Source: a virus
Reading direction: 5' to 3' (one strand)
Virus record (IMG/VR): IMGVR_UViG_3300049484_000177
Location: 34,384-98,383 of that record
DNA length: 64,000 bases
This document shows positions 48,241 to 58,889 of the stretch, in pieces. Position 1 is the stretch's first letter. Each line of letters starts with the position of its first letter. A program made the translations under genes and the position numbers. The notes beneath the pieces are model-generated. The model was not told where the DNA came from, did not search any database, and saw nothing but the letters and a program-made list of their open reading frames with translations.

Positions 48241-49802
48241 ACTATACCTCTCCCTAACAAGACCTGACGTCCATTATCGTGAAGAACATCGAATCCCATA
48301 CGTAGGGCTTCTGGTATAGCAAGTTCTCCCTTACCTCTACCTACCCATCGTCCCGGCCAGAGATCACAATCATCCATGAGAACCAAACAACTGCCAGATA
48401 GAGGGGCCATCTTTAACGCTTTCAAATGAAACTCCGTCCCTCCCTTCTCCGCATCTGGCCCATCCAAATACAGGAGATCAATACTACCCTCAAACTCCCG
48501 TAGAAACTTGAACCCATCCCGACAGTGGTAGTGGACTCCGGTAGGTACTAACTTCTGAGCAGAGGCTATAGCCCTAGAATCATTGTCAATGCAATAGACC
48601 TCAAACCTTCCAGCCTGAGCCCAACGAACAGTAGACCATCCATCTGCATGTTCAGCAGCTGGTTTCAAATCACGTATAGCCCCTAATTCTACTATCACCT
48701 TCCCCCCAATTTTGTCCAAGGCTTGTATGGCCTCAGTAAACAAGAACTTGTCCCAACGCTCACGTCCTTTGAACGGAGGAGGAGCAACAGGTAGATTAGG
48801 AAGCGGAGACTCTGTTACTTGATTATCCTTCGCATCATAACTAGTCACCAACTCTACAAACGACTTAGCCCTATGAGACCAATCATTATCCTCTGCCCAC
48901 TCACGTCCTTGAAGACTGTGTTCCGATATATCCTTGCCCAACCAACTCTTGCATATGCTGACTAGATGCTCTGGGTCCGGCAAGTACCAATCCATTGGCC
49001 TTCGTACTTGTTGTTTTGTTACGACAGCTCGAATCCGATCCATAGCAGGATACTCCCGCCACGGTTCTCCATCAGTGCTGATGACAGGCATTCCACAGAC
49101 CATCGCCTCCATACATTCCAAACCTATACCATCAACGGAATGAGGGGCTATTAGAACATCACCCTGATTGTAGAGATCGTCATTGTCCTTGACCTTATCA
49201 AGAACTGGAATGCCCCAATCGGTAGCCGTCTGATCGTGTATTAGTAATGGCATCTCAGGCCATAACTCCAATGCCTTACGTATAACAGTGAATCCCTTTC
49301 TTCCCTTCCAGCCTCCATGACCATTGATGAACAAGAAGTGATCGCATGTTATGCGGGGGTCGAATTTGTACCTATTAACGTCGACAGGCCAGGAGAATGA
49401 AACTCGGGGTAGGTTGTCCCCCAGCTGATCATAGCACTGCTGGGTCGGGCAAATGAATAGATTAACTTGCTCCAACCAACCATGACTACCAAGCGAAGTC
49501 CATTCCAACATCGGCACACAAACTATTCTCTTTCCGTGAGTAACACAGAGATCAATGAGGTGGCTAAAGTGAGGGACCTCTGCAAACAGAACCACGTCTA
49601 CAGACTTGACGAAGTCCTCTACAGTAGAACCAGTTGCTTCACCAATAGTACACTCTACGTTCTCTGGTAGGCCACGCATCTCATACTTACTATGAGGTTT
49701 GATCAGCCAATGAGTAATGCCAGCATATTTAACCAACTGGCGATTCACCTCCCCTAAACCAGAGGCTACGTTACATCCAACGAGACCTATCTTTACAGAC
49801 AT
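48237..49802 (-). CDS. GT4-like glycosyltransferase fused to C-terminal methyltransferase
   Basis: RKG, DGIGLECMEAMVCGMPVI; IVELG, IDLLYLDG, LMDD. Confidence 0.85.
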   Translation of the reverse strand: MSVKIGLVGCNVASGLGEVNRQLVKYAGITHWLIKPHSKYEMRGLPENVECTIGEATGSTVEDFVKSVDVVLFAEVPHFSHLIDLCVTHGKRIVCVPMLEWTSLGSHGWLEQVNLFICPTQQCYDQLGDNLPRVSFSWPVDVNRYKFDPRITCDHFLFINGHGGWKGRKGFTVIRKALELWPEMPLLIHDQTATDWGIPVLDKVKDNDDLYNQGDVLIAPHSVDGIGLECMEAMVCGMPVISTDGEPWREYPAMDRIRAVVTKQQVRRPMDWYLPDPEHLVSICKSWLGKDISEHSLQGREWAEDNDWSHRAKSFVELVTSYDAKDNQVTESPLPNLPVAPPPFKGRERWDKFLFTEAIQALDKIGGKVIVELGAIRDLKPAAEHADGWSTVRWAQAGRFEVYCIDNDSRAIASAQKLVPTGVHYHCRDGFKFLREFEGSIDLLYLDGPDAEKGGTEFHLKALKMAPLSGSCLVLMDDCDLWPGRWVGRGKGELAIPEALRMGFDVLHDNGRQVLLGRGIV

Positions 49803-49816
49803 GCAATCGCTCCTGT

Positions 49817-50485
49817 CTACTTCTTCAGTAACTTCATGCAATCAAAGTCCTCGCCGCGGAACGAGCGAGGTAGTGGGTGTTGCAGATTCTCCATCATACT
49901 AACCTTCCCTGTATGCTGGATCAGCGTAGGTTGATGTACATACTCCCTAACATTCAACCTCCTGAAAGCACTAACGATACCACCATCAATACTCTTCCAT
50001 CCCCTATCGGACTGCATCCTATCAATCAAGTAGCGTTGTGACAATAGATTACGAAGTGTCTCTCCATCAAATATCAAAGCACAGGCCCCCTTACCTAACT
50101 GCTTAGCTAGAACCCAACCAGTTACCCCAGGTAGATCGTTAGTAGGTACTGTATAACAATTAAGATAGCCCCTAGCCGGATAGGAGCAACGCTCCAGGTA
50201 TTGCCGCAGGTTGCGGTAGACTACTATATCATCCTGAAACAAAGCATAGCGATCGGCCTTTGGGTAGCGGAGATTCAATTCACTAGCCGATAACCACCAA
50301 TTACCAAACGTCTTGATCCTCTCACCACGTAGAGTCTGTGCTAGAGAAGTATCAGGGTAGGGCTGACCGCCATCTATGAAGAGACGGGGCTTGTCAAATC
50401 CGCCGGCGGATAGACTAGCTATAGTCTTCGGTAGTAGATCACCAAACCGTTCGGGAACGGTTGTGATGCCGTAAGCCCACTCCAC
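49817..50485 (-). CDS. GT-A glycosyltransferase
   Basis: LFQDDI, SIDG, PTLIQHTG; TAGGAGCGA RBS. Confidence 0.75.
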   Translation of the reverse strand: MEWAYGITTVPERFGDLLPKTIASLSAGGFDKPRLFIDGGQPYPDTSLAQTLRGERIKTFGNWWLSASELNLRYPKADRYALFQDDIVVYRNLRQYLERCSYPARGYLNCYTVPTNDLPGVTGWVLAKQLGKGACALIFDGETLRNLLSQRYLIDRMQSDRGWKSIDGGIVSAFRRLNVREYVHQPTLIQHTGKVSMMENLQHPLPRSFRGEDFDCMKLLKK

Positions 50486-50505
50486 TTGTTCGCTCCTAAT
50501 GACTA

Positions 50506-51058
50506 CTAACTGATTCGTCTCATGACGAGTAGCTGTCCCCTATGAATTACCTCAACCCGACGATCATAAATAGAGAGGAAAGGGTCAATGCCCATAGCAG
50601 GTGTTTTGTATAGAGGCCACTCTTTATTGACAACCCACAAGTAGTCATCGAAGATTGTGATTCCACCTACCTTGAGCATCCAGAAACATAAGACAGCATC
50701 TACTATAACATCCTCTGCTTCATGAGATCCGTCGATATGGCAGAAATCAATCGTATCATCTTCTATCTCACGTAACCTATGTCTTGAAAACCCTTTCAGT
50801 TTCACTACCTTATAGGAGACTCCTGTATCGGCTATATTTCGATTGAAGCACTCCTCTCGTCCATGTCCTCCCTGCCAATGATCTATGCACCATAATTGAT
50901 TCTGGGTGTGTTAGGATATTCTCTAACCACCAGCAAGTAGATCCCCCTTCATGACACCCTATTTCAAGAGCAGTGATTTGCTTACCAACCAGATGCTTCA
51001 ATACCTCAGCCCATATCTTAGGCTTGTCTTTAACGAAGTCGTTATGGAACTCTCTCAT
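50506..51058 (-). pseudogene. frameshifted Methyltransf_24-like gene
   Basis: LEIGCHEGGS in one frame; LWCIDHW...HIDGSH...IFDDY in another; shift near 50896. Confidence 0.75.
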
Positions 51059-52212
51059 CGGAGCAGTTCCCAAGGCTTCGGCCGACCGAGCCAGTGGACC
51101 ACCTTAGCCCCCGGGTGACGTTCAATAGCCTCCCTAAGAAATACAGATGGGTCAGGAGATACCTTTCGACGTTGATTCAACTGATGCCTAGTAAGATTTT
51201 CCGCAGGGACATTCCATTCCGGAGAAAGTAACTTCAAATCCAGTCCGCCATTAAGATATTCGTCAATAAGACTGATTGCCATAGCCGACTGATCTCTAAC
51301 GTTGCATAACTCGACTTTCACCGGGTCTTCAATGACAAATGAACACACATCCCTCCATTTCATTATCAATGACTCCCCTCGTCTCCAACCAATAATACCC
51401 GTATTGATATCGAGTAACGTAGTCATAATATCTACGGCATGATGTTCACTTCCATACATATAGGAAACGATTGGATAATAGAGAGGCTTCCCCATATCAC
51501 CAAATAGTATTTGACTGGAAAGACAAAACTGATTCTCAGCCATCTCAAATAGAGGAGACAAATCACCCACAACTACAGCATCCGAATCTATCCATACTGA
51601 AGTATCAAATGGGGAGGCTAAACATACCCAGGGTTTCCACCAAGCGTTGATATGACTATGGATGATTGTCTCTCGTCTCGTCTTAGAAACTATAGGTTTA
51701 TCATGATACACCCAAACCACACCTACCCTATCCAATTCCATATGTTGCCAATATTCTAATCCATGATCTGCTACAGCTAAACCTACACCATTACTAACAG
51801 CCCCATATACTAAGGCCCCCAAACAACACCAATGATTGGATGACGCTCCAGTCACTACACCTCGTGACAAATCACTTGTTAGTATGTGATCCTCAAGAGA
51901 TAGCTTATACTGTACACTAGGCGAAGTGTTAGGTTTATATTCCCTCCACAAACCTAATGGACAATTACCTCCTAATATCAAAGCGTCTTCGTGCATACAC
52001 TCCTTCTCATGAAGACATGGATACTTATAACACGTAGAGCATACATTCTGCACAAATCTTCTAGCTGCCTCCCATCTACTACCAGGTTGTGTAGATGGGC
52101 AGTTACGATGAATATTGGAACTAGATAACGGGGGAGTAACAAACCCGCAATTACAGCAGGTGTAACGAATCCTCTTTCCTTTCTCGGCTGATGAGAAGAC
52201 GCAATCTGTCAT
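51055..52212 (-). CDS. GT8-like glycosyltransferase with Cys-rich N-terminal domain
   Basis: KPW...WIDSD, INTG, DQS, WN, HWLGRPKPW. Confidence 0.8.
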   Translation of the reverse strand: MTDCVFSSAEKGKRIRYTCCNCGFVTPPLSSSNIHRNCPSTQPGSRWEAARRFVQNVCSTCYKYPCLHEKECMHEDALILGGNCPLGLWREYKPNTSPSVQYKLSLEDHILTSDLSRGVVTGASSNHWCCLGALVYGAVSNGVGLAVADHGLEYWQHMELDRVGVVWVYHDKPIVSKTRRETIIHSHINAWWKPWVCLASPFDTSVWIDSDAVVVGDLSPLFEMAENQFCLSSQILFGDMGKPLYYPIVSYMYGSEHHAVDIMTTLLDINTGIIGWRRGESLIMKWRDVCSFVIEDPVKVELCNVRDQSAMAISLIDEYLNGGLDLKLLSPEWNVPAENLTRHQLNQRRKVSPDPSVFLREAIERHPGAKVVHWLGRPKPWELLR

Positions 52213-53978
52213 GGTGGAACTACAGAACTTAAATATATCGATGTAGGAACAGTACAAGGTGTCGTATCGTCGATCTTAGTCAACTCAATGTTTTCCAACG
52301 TCAGGCAATCATTCAAAACACCAGGAGAGACATAATAAGGTAGGAGACCCTGCCAGATAGCACGCCCTGGTGGTACGTCCTTATCGTAAAGATACAAGAG
52401 GAATCGAAGTTTGGATGAGGGGCCTGGAGGAGAGGGCGAATCGGATCTGTCAATGAATAATTGCCACCCAGCCTGAACCTCCCCTGGAAAATAGTAAATA
52501 GCACCACAAGGATAAGACGTAAGAAAGAAGTTCCCATTGTAACGAGGACAGTATTCACTATATGGAGGGGAAGAACCAGAAACTCCACTAACCTCAATTA
52601 GCCATTGATCAGGCATAAGCTGATCTTTGCAAACGTCACAGAATATAATACATACGCAATCATTGCATAGCTGTAATGAAACATCATTCTTTTGTTGCAT
52701 ATACAAAAACTGATGACAAAGACCTGTAGTACCTGCCCCTATATTCTCGATGGCTGCATAAGCCCCTCCTACAACAGGAGGCTTATAACTACGAACACAA
52801 ATATAATCACCCCTATCAACATAGGATTTCTGAATCCCAAAGGACACCCCTGTTGGATAGACACACAAACGAATTTCGTATTCGTCAGTAAGTGGGTATA
52901 TCCAATCAGCTGTTCTCTCCTCACCTCCGTTGTTATTAACTCGAATAGTAATAAGACCCCCTGCTTTGAATTCTACCTCTCCCCACGGTCCATTACCACC
53001 TAACGCAGCACAAGCATATATCCTTATCTTCTGTCCTATAGTATCTGCCTGAATTCGAGCTATTACAGTAGCGTATTCATACCCACTCCCCACTACATAA
53101 TAGCTATGTTGAATCAGGCAATCAGAGCGAAGATTGCCCGCCAGTTCCATATAACCCGATGCAAATACCCCAGCACTCCATTCACACTCTGGGGTATGAT
53201 CTGGCCATCCACCACGATAAGAACCATATCCAACTATCTCACAACGAGCTGGGCATTCAGGACATTTAACATCTGTATCATGATGAGCTTGAACCTGGAA
53301 ATTATCGAAGTCTGCTGATCCCCCTGAAGTTCCAGAGAGATGAACTCCAGTGAACCCAAAGAACGTCTCATCTATTTGTTCGCTAGTAGCATAGGTCAAT
53401 TGAAACGAAACTGGAGTAGGTCGGGAAGTTGCTGTAACTACTACACGAATAGTAGCCCCACCAGGATAAGGTGTATCACGAACACAAACAACCACATCAT
53501 GCCAAACCCCCGTTTGCAGCCCTAATACATTCTGCTCTAATAGAACCGTATCCCCTCCATTGTGTCTAACTAGTTTGAACGACCCACAATAATCCTCAGT
53601 ATCTGAACATGTTATCGAGAGATACCAGTAATCATCCACATCAATATAACCAAATACCACACCTGCTTCATCTCCATCGTATTCAACTCGTATACTACCA
53701 CTTAGTATCCAACTTCTACCAGGAGCATTCACTCCACTACCAGTTCCAATACCTACCCCAGTCTCCTCTGTACGAACTATAACTGATCCCGAATCATTGG
53801 TAGACAAATAGTAGTTACTAGGATCACTAGGACTAGTTCCCGTACCTGGGCCAGTGAACTCCTGCTTTATTACCCAATCACCAGCCTCTTGAAACCACGA
53901 CGATAAATCCCCACCAAACGAATCGGCGGCTATAACACAACAGCATCCACAACCCCCTGCATTATGCTTCTTCGGCAT
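52209..53978 (-). CDS. Cys-rich virion/tail-tip protein with lectin-like beta-sandwich
   Basis: GCGCCC start; AGVVFG...Y...WHDVVV...ADFDNFQV ConA-like pattern; position after tail genes. Confidence 0.65.
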   Translation of the reverse strand: MPKKHNAGGCGCCCVIAADSFGGDLSSWFQEAGDWVIKQEFTGPGTGTSPSDPSNYYLSTNDSGSVIVRTEETGVGIGTGSGVNAPGRSWILSGSIRVEYDGDEAGVVFGYIDVDDYWYLSITCSDTEDYCGSFKLVRHNGGDTVLLEQNVLGLQTGVWHDVVVCVRDTPYPGGATIRVVVTATSRPTPVSFQLTYATSEQIDETFFGFTGVHLSGTSGGSADFDNFQVQAHHDTDVKCPECPARCEIVGYGSYRGGWPDHTPECEWSAGVFASGYMELAGNLRSDCLIQHSYYVVGSGYEYATVIARIQADTIGQKIRIYACAALGGNGPWGEVEFKAGGLITIRVNNNGGEERTADWIYPLTDEYEIRLCVYPTGVSFGIQKSYVDRGDYICVRSYKPPVVGGAYAAIENIGAGTTGLCHQFLYMQQKNDVSLQLCNDCVCIIFCDVCKDQLMPDQWLIEVSGVSGSSPPYSEYCPRYNGNFFLTSYPCGAIYYFPGEVQAGWQLFIDRSDSPSPPGPSSKLRFLLYLYDKDVPPGRAIWQGLLPYYVSPGVLNDCLTLENIELTKIDDTTPCTVPTSIYLSSVVPP

Positions 53979-54358
53979 TAGCAGTCCTCCCAATCAACGA
54001 ATAGCTTATTACTAAGCGTTTCTCGTTTGCATTGGATATAACTGCTTCCTGCGACCGAAGACCTGCTCAGATTATAAACTGTCTCCTCATAATCTGTGTC
54101 ATCCCAATTCAACCTAGCAGTCAGTTCATCATCATCGTTTAGATAGTATAGAACACAGTCTGCCGAACCCGGTAGAAGTCCAATTCTAGCCGGTATTCCT
54201 CCTGCGGGTGTATAAGCAAGGTAGACAGATGTCTCCACTGCCCCCATAATCATCTCTTCGTCCGGGAACTTTCGCCCCTGTTCCCGCTTACGCTCCCGAT
54301 CAATGAGAGCACGAAACAGAACGGCATCTTCCGGCGACAAGGCAAAGAGATCAGCCAC
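53978..54358 (-). CDS. putative tail protein
   Basis: Operon position; TPAGGIPAR. Confidence 0.6.
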   Translation of the reverse strand: MADLFALSPEDAVLFRALIDRERKREQGRKFPDEEMIMGAVETSVYLAYTPAGGIPARIGLLPGSADCVLYYLNDDDELTARLNWDDTDYEETVYNLSRSSVAGSSYIQCKRETLSNKLFVDWEDC

Positions 54359-54360
54359 AA

Positions 54361-54843
54361 TTACCTCGGGAAGACAGTTATGCGGCAGAGGGCTTCACCA
54401 TGCTGACAACGTATAGAAAGCAAAGCCGCTTTAGCCGGACGAAGGATTGAGATTAGACCAGGTGAGCAAAGCTCGCACTCGTCACTATTCTGTGTATAGG
54501 ACAGTTCCAATACCTTCCGATCTATCTCATCCAACTCTTCCTTGGATGGATTAGTGACCGGAGATTTGCCCTCTAGGTTCTCTACTGTAATCGTACCTAC
54601 CTTATTGGACTCTACCCATCCAGTATCAACTGTCTTCCACATCACACCCACACGAATGCGACGGGTGTAGGGTTCTTCCTTCTCCTTGAGAATCTGGCTG
54701 CAAATGACCTGCACACCAAACGGTTGATCACCTCTGTGTTCGTGGTATATGTTCACCACTGTAGTTAGGCGATCTGGAGTTTCCTTTGCTGGATCAAGAG
54801 GAGCGACATTTACTCCAAGCAGCGGACTAGTTATCTGGCTCAT
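54361..54843 (-). CDS. putative virion protein
   Basis: Operon position; beta-rich. Confidence 0.6.
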   Translation of the reverse strand: MSQITSPLLGVNVAPLDPAKETPDRLTTVVNIYHEHRGDQPFGVQVICSQILKEKEEPYTRRIRVGVMWKTVDTGWVESNKVGTITVENLEGKSPVTNPSKEELDEIDRKVLELSYTQNSDECELCSPGLISILRPAKAALLSIRCQHGEALCRITVFPR

Positions 54844-55256
54844 GCGTCGAACGCCTCCACTATTACATAACAAGCGGCAGTGTCTGATCTAACACGTAGT
54901 TTGTTGACTACCCCAACAGTCCCAGTTCCAGCCCCATACTCAAACCTCAAGTTACGAGACAAACGAAGGATGTAGGCTTCCCCTGGCAGAACCTCACCCA
55001 ATGGATCGAAGTTAGCACCATCCCAAATGCCATACTCAATGAAGTTAGTAACATCCAAATTCATAATACGGCAGAGGGCGGGTAACATTAGTTCGCTGAA
55101 GTCCACGTCAGTGCCCGTTACCGATGCCGTAAATGCTCCTGGTACAGGCCCCTTGCCTATGGCCACATCCGCCCGGAAGTCGTTAGGATTGCTACGGTAG
55201 TTGAGGTTATCCTTGAGGATATTCAATTCAGAACGGAAGGTGGCTTCGTCACTCAT
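54840..55256 (-). CDS. putative virion protein with GAGTGT loop
   Basis: Operon position; beta-rich. Confidence 0.65.
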   Translation of the reverse strand: MSDEATFRSELNILKDNLNYRSNPNDFRADVAIGKGPVPGAFTASVTGTDVDFSELMLPALCRIMNLDVTNFIEYGIWDGANFDPLGEVLPGEAYILRLSRNLRFEYGAGTGTVGVVNKLRVRSDTAACYVIVEAFDA

Positions 55257-55268
55257 TTGTGTTTCGCC

Positions 55269-56201
55269 TTATAACCAGGTGGGTATGCCCAGTGTCAAGA
55301 AGTTGTACTCACCATACAACTCGATTGCTGCATGAAAGACTGGATTGGTAGGATCGGTAAGCGGGTCACCATTAGCTGTTAGCAAAATTCGAGTAGGAGT
55401 AGGTCGTTGACTCCATTCTTCTTTATACCAATCGAAATTCGTAGGATCTGCAGCACTAAGCGCTGAAGGCACCCAAACGTGAGTGACATTATTCCAAGTT
55501 CCCTTACGACATTTGTATCCTACCTGGGCCACTTCCTTCTCATCAAACCCATCAAACCTAACCTCAAACTCGAGGGTGCGAGTGTAGTAGTAATTGCAAG
55601 TACCATATACATTCCTTCTCCATGTAATGTTCGTCAGCATGACCTTACGCTTAGTCAAACCCCATAGATTACCATCATTCAACTTGTTGATAGCACCGGA
55701 GAGTGAATCTAACTGGAGAGCCGGGGTGTTCTGCTCGATAGTAACAGTAGGACGTACATCCTTCTTCTCTATCCCCTTAATACGTTCATGACTACTACTA
55801 AGAATCAGCTTCCCGAGACGATCCTTCTCAGCCTCCTTAGTATAGACAGCAAACGTCCCACTCACTTTTTGAGGCTCTGACAACGGATTACCTACCTGCG
55901 AGTCCTGACAACGTCTGATAGGTTTGGTACTGAAAGTCTGTTCCGTTGTCCAGTATACATTAGGCTCCTTCGACACTACAGGATTGATAGACAAGCTAGG
56001 GAGACAGAAAGCCCACGGGTCCGAATCATTACCAAACTGCCACGGAGCACCTACGGTAGGCAAGCCATAAGCAATAGATACAATAGCCGGACCATCACTA
56101 GGACTAGTAGTCTGAACCAAGCATTTCAACTTATACTCACGATGACCGTCCGAGTCCGTCGAACGGGACCAGTCTGTTCTTCCTAATACTACAGCCGACA
56201 T
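55269..56201 (-). CDS. putative distal tail / hub protein
   Basis: Immediately downstream of tape measure. Confidence 0.6.
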   Translation of the reverse strand: MSAVVLGRTDWSRSTDSDGHREYKLKCLVQTTSPSDGPAIVSIAYGLPTVGAPWQFGNDSDPWAFCLPSLSINPVVSKEPNVYWTTEQTFSTKPIRRCQDSQVGNPLSEPQKVSGTFAVYTKEAEKDRLGKLILSSSHERIKGIEKKDVRPTVTIEQNTPALQLDSLSGAINKLNDGNLWGLTKRKVMLTNITWRRNVYGTCNYYYTRTLEFEVRFDGFDEKEVAQVGYKCRKGTWNNVTHVWVPSALSAADPTNFDWYKEEWSQRPTPTRILLTANGDPLTDPTNPVFHAAIELYGEYNFLTLGIPTWL

Positions 56202-56202
56202 A

Positions 56203-58887
56203 TCATGAGACTCCTAACGGACTGATGGTAATAGGAGGCACTCTTGACTGAGCCTCTACTGCTATTGCTATACGTTCAAGCAGTTGCTTAAACAGATCAT
56301 CAGTAGGTGGCTTGCCTCCACCAATCCCAGCTATACGAGGAGCATCAGCTATGGGAGCCCCTATACCTGCAGGCCCTCCAATTGCTGGTGCTATTACAGG
56401 AGGTGCTCCGGGAATGCCAGGAACAGGCATTCCCGCGGTGATATTTCTCATAGCCACATCAGCCAATAACTGATTGAACTCTTTTGTACCCTTGCGAACT
56501 GCTTCAAAGTCCCCTACCCCAAACTGGACTTCTACAAATGCTCTTGATTGAGCCTCTACCAACTCTTTATTCAAATCAACCAAAGCTCTCTGGTATAATT
56601 GCTGTCCCTTAACACCTTGACTTAGTAATGGCTGTAAATCATTTAACCCCTTATTAAACTTCTCCTGCGGAGTCATGTACTTCTCTGTCATATCTTTCAA
56701 CAACTTCATCCCGGTGGCCTGATCCATCAACTTCTTAGCAGAGTCTAACTGAGCAGCTCCAGCCCCCCGTAAGGATAGCTCATATAACTTGACCTCATCG
56801 GACGTCATACCAAATGTAGCTACTTGCTTCGCCAGTTCCTCGGTGAGTTTAGCTGTGTCCTTAACAACTTCAAGATTCCTCTTCTCCTCCATCTTATCTG
56901 CCATATCCATCAAATCCGCTAAATTAGCCCCTCGCTTATTAAGCCCTTCCAACTTCACTTCATCAGCTATAGTAGAAGCATCCGCTCCAGCCTCAATCAA
57001 CTCTGTCTCTACCTTCAATGCATCTATACTCTCTTGTAGACTATCAATAAACGATTTGGAATCGCTACTGAGCTTTTCTATCGCATCTGCCTTAGCCTTC
57101 GCTGCTTTGGCAGACGCTTCTAATACCGCCACCTCTTCTTGCAGGGATTCTACTAACACCCGTTGAGACTCTAGCATACCATCCGTTATCAATTTGCTAA
57201 GAACAGACTCATCATTAACCGCCTTCAGTTTATCCCTCTTTTCAGTAAGGGATTCTATGTAACTCGTTGCCTCTACCTCCCCCTTACTCATTGCAGCTTT
57301 GGAATCGGCTAACGGTCCCAATTCCTTACGCAAGGTAGCCAATGTATCTTTACTAGCCTTGAGCTTACCTTCAAGACTTTGCACTTCCTCCACCTGTCCC
57401 CGATAAACAAACTTACCAGCTTGCCATAACGATAAGACCGACGGGGCAAGTTCCTTTGCCCTATCCCTAGCATTAGTAAGAGTTTTCTCCATGCCCTTTT
57501 GATTCAATAAAAGAGCGTCATACTCCTTCTTCAAATAAGTGGTACGATCTACACCAGACAACTTAGCAGCGTTCTCCATAACAGACTGCAGATGCTCATT
57601 GTTGATCTTATCTAATTCCTCATTGATAGTACGAGCCTGATCCACCGTGACTTGTTCCGCTTCTATCTCTTTGCGTTCGTTAGTAGGCACAAGAGATCCA
57701 GCTTTATACCCTACATAAGCCGCTCCTGCTACAGCTCCCGCTACTCCCAAGGCCCTAGCAACCGCTTGAGCTTTAGACAACTTAGCAACCGATGAAGCTA
57801 AACCTAACGAGGCTAACGAAGCCGAGTTAGCCGTAGTAGAATAATAAACATTAGCCGCTGAAGCCGCGAGAGTAGAACCTGTCAAAGCTGTATAAGCAAC
57901 CCACAATTTACTAACTATAGCAATACCACCAGCCGCCATCGTGAAGACCGCTCCCAATACAGTAACAAGTCCTACAATAGTGCCTATAAGAGTCTTGTCA
58001 ACAGAAGACAAGCTACTAAACCACTCTACCAACTTAATGAACTGTTCAACTATCAATTTAGCAACAGGCAGGATACTCTCAGCCATCTCCCGACCAAGAA
58101 TACGCCAGGCGTCCTTGAGGGTGGACATCAAACCAAGATATGACTTAGATTGCTTCTCCATCAAATTGAAGAAGCGTCCTCCTTCACTAGATAACTCCTT
58201 AAATATATCCCGCACATCCGAGAAGGTGATTTTGCCTTCACTAAGCATCTGCTGAGCACCAGCTATGTTAGTCTTATAATGCTTGGCGAGATCCTCCAAT
58301 GATAGAATGCCCCTAGTAGACAACTGGCGGAAATCCTGGGTTAGTAATTTACCTACACCACGAATCTGATTGAAGATTAAAGCAACCATACCAAACTGAG
58401 AACTAGTACCTGAAGCAGCATTTCCTAATATTTTGAGCGTGTCCATCAACTCCTCTCCACGCTCACCAAACTGGACGAGACCTCTTGCTGCTTGTTCTAT
58501 CTCAGGCATTTCAAAGGGTGTCTTAGCAGCAAACTCCGTCAAACTGTTAAGCAATGCTGTTGTCTCTGAAGCACTACCTAGCATAGTTTCAAATGCAATG
58601 GTAGTCTGTTCAAACTTACCAGCCGCCTGTAGAGCTTCATTCCCCATCATCCCAAACACAGCCGTCAAAGCCCCTCCTACGACAGCGGCTGTTGTGCTTA
58701 GACTAGACAGACTATCCGCAAAACTTCTGGTTATAGCCGTACTCTGAGCCGTGAACTGCTTGGTCTGATTCTGAATGGCATTGGAAGCTGAAGCAGTCTG
58801 TTTGATAGCCTGATCCAACGTCTTCTGATAGTCCGATCCGTCTCCCATCAGACGAATGACCATCCTACCAAGTTCTGTCTCGTCCAT
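56203..58887 (-). CDS. tail tape measure protein
   Basis: FETMLGS...FAAKTPF tape-measure domain; long Ala-rich helices. Confidence 0.93.
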   Translation of the reverse strand: MDETELGRMVIRLMGDGSDYQKTLDQAIKQTASASNAIQNQTKQFTAQSTAITRSFADSLSSLSTTAAVVGGALTAVFGMMGNEALQAAGKFEQTTIAFETMLGSASETTALLNSLTEFAAKTPFEMPEIEQAARGLVQFGERGEELMDTLKILGNAASGTSSQFGMVALIFNQIRGVGKLLTQDFRQLSTRGILSLEDLAKHYKTNIAGAQQMLSEGKITFSDVRDIFKELSSEGGRFFNLMEKQSKSYLGLMSTLKDAWRILGREMAESILPVAKLIVEQFIKLVEWFSSLSSVDKTLIGTIVGLVTVLGAVFTMAAGGIAIVSKLWVAYTALTGSTLAASAANVYYSTTANSASLASLGLASSVAKLSKAQAVARALGVAGAVAGAAYVGYKAGSLVPTNERKEIEAEQVTVDQARTINEELDKINNEHLQSVMENAAKLSGVDRTTYLKKEYDALLLNQKGMEKTLTNARDRAKELAPSVLSLWQAGKFVYRGQVEEVQSLEGKLKASKDTLATLRKELGPLADSKAAMSKGEVEATSYIESLTEKRDKLKAVNDESVLSKLITDGMLESQRVLVESLQEEVAVLEASAKAAKAKADAIEKLSSDSKSFIDSLQESIDALKVETELIEAGADASTIADEVKLEGLNKRGANLADLMDMADKMEEKRNLEVVKDTAKLTEELAKQVATFGMTSDEVKLYELSLRGAGAAQLDSAKKLMDQATGMKLLKDMTEKYMTPQEKFNKGLNDLQPLLSQGVKGQQLYQRALVDLNKELVEAQSRAFVEVQFGVGDFEAVRKGTKEFNQLLADVAMRNITAGMPVPGIPGAPPVIAPAIGGPAGIGAPIADAPRIAGIGGGKPPTDDLFKQLLERIAIAVEAQSRVPPITISPLGVS

Positions 58888-58889
58888 AA

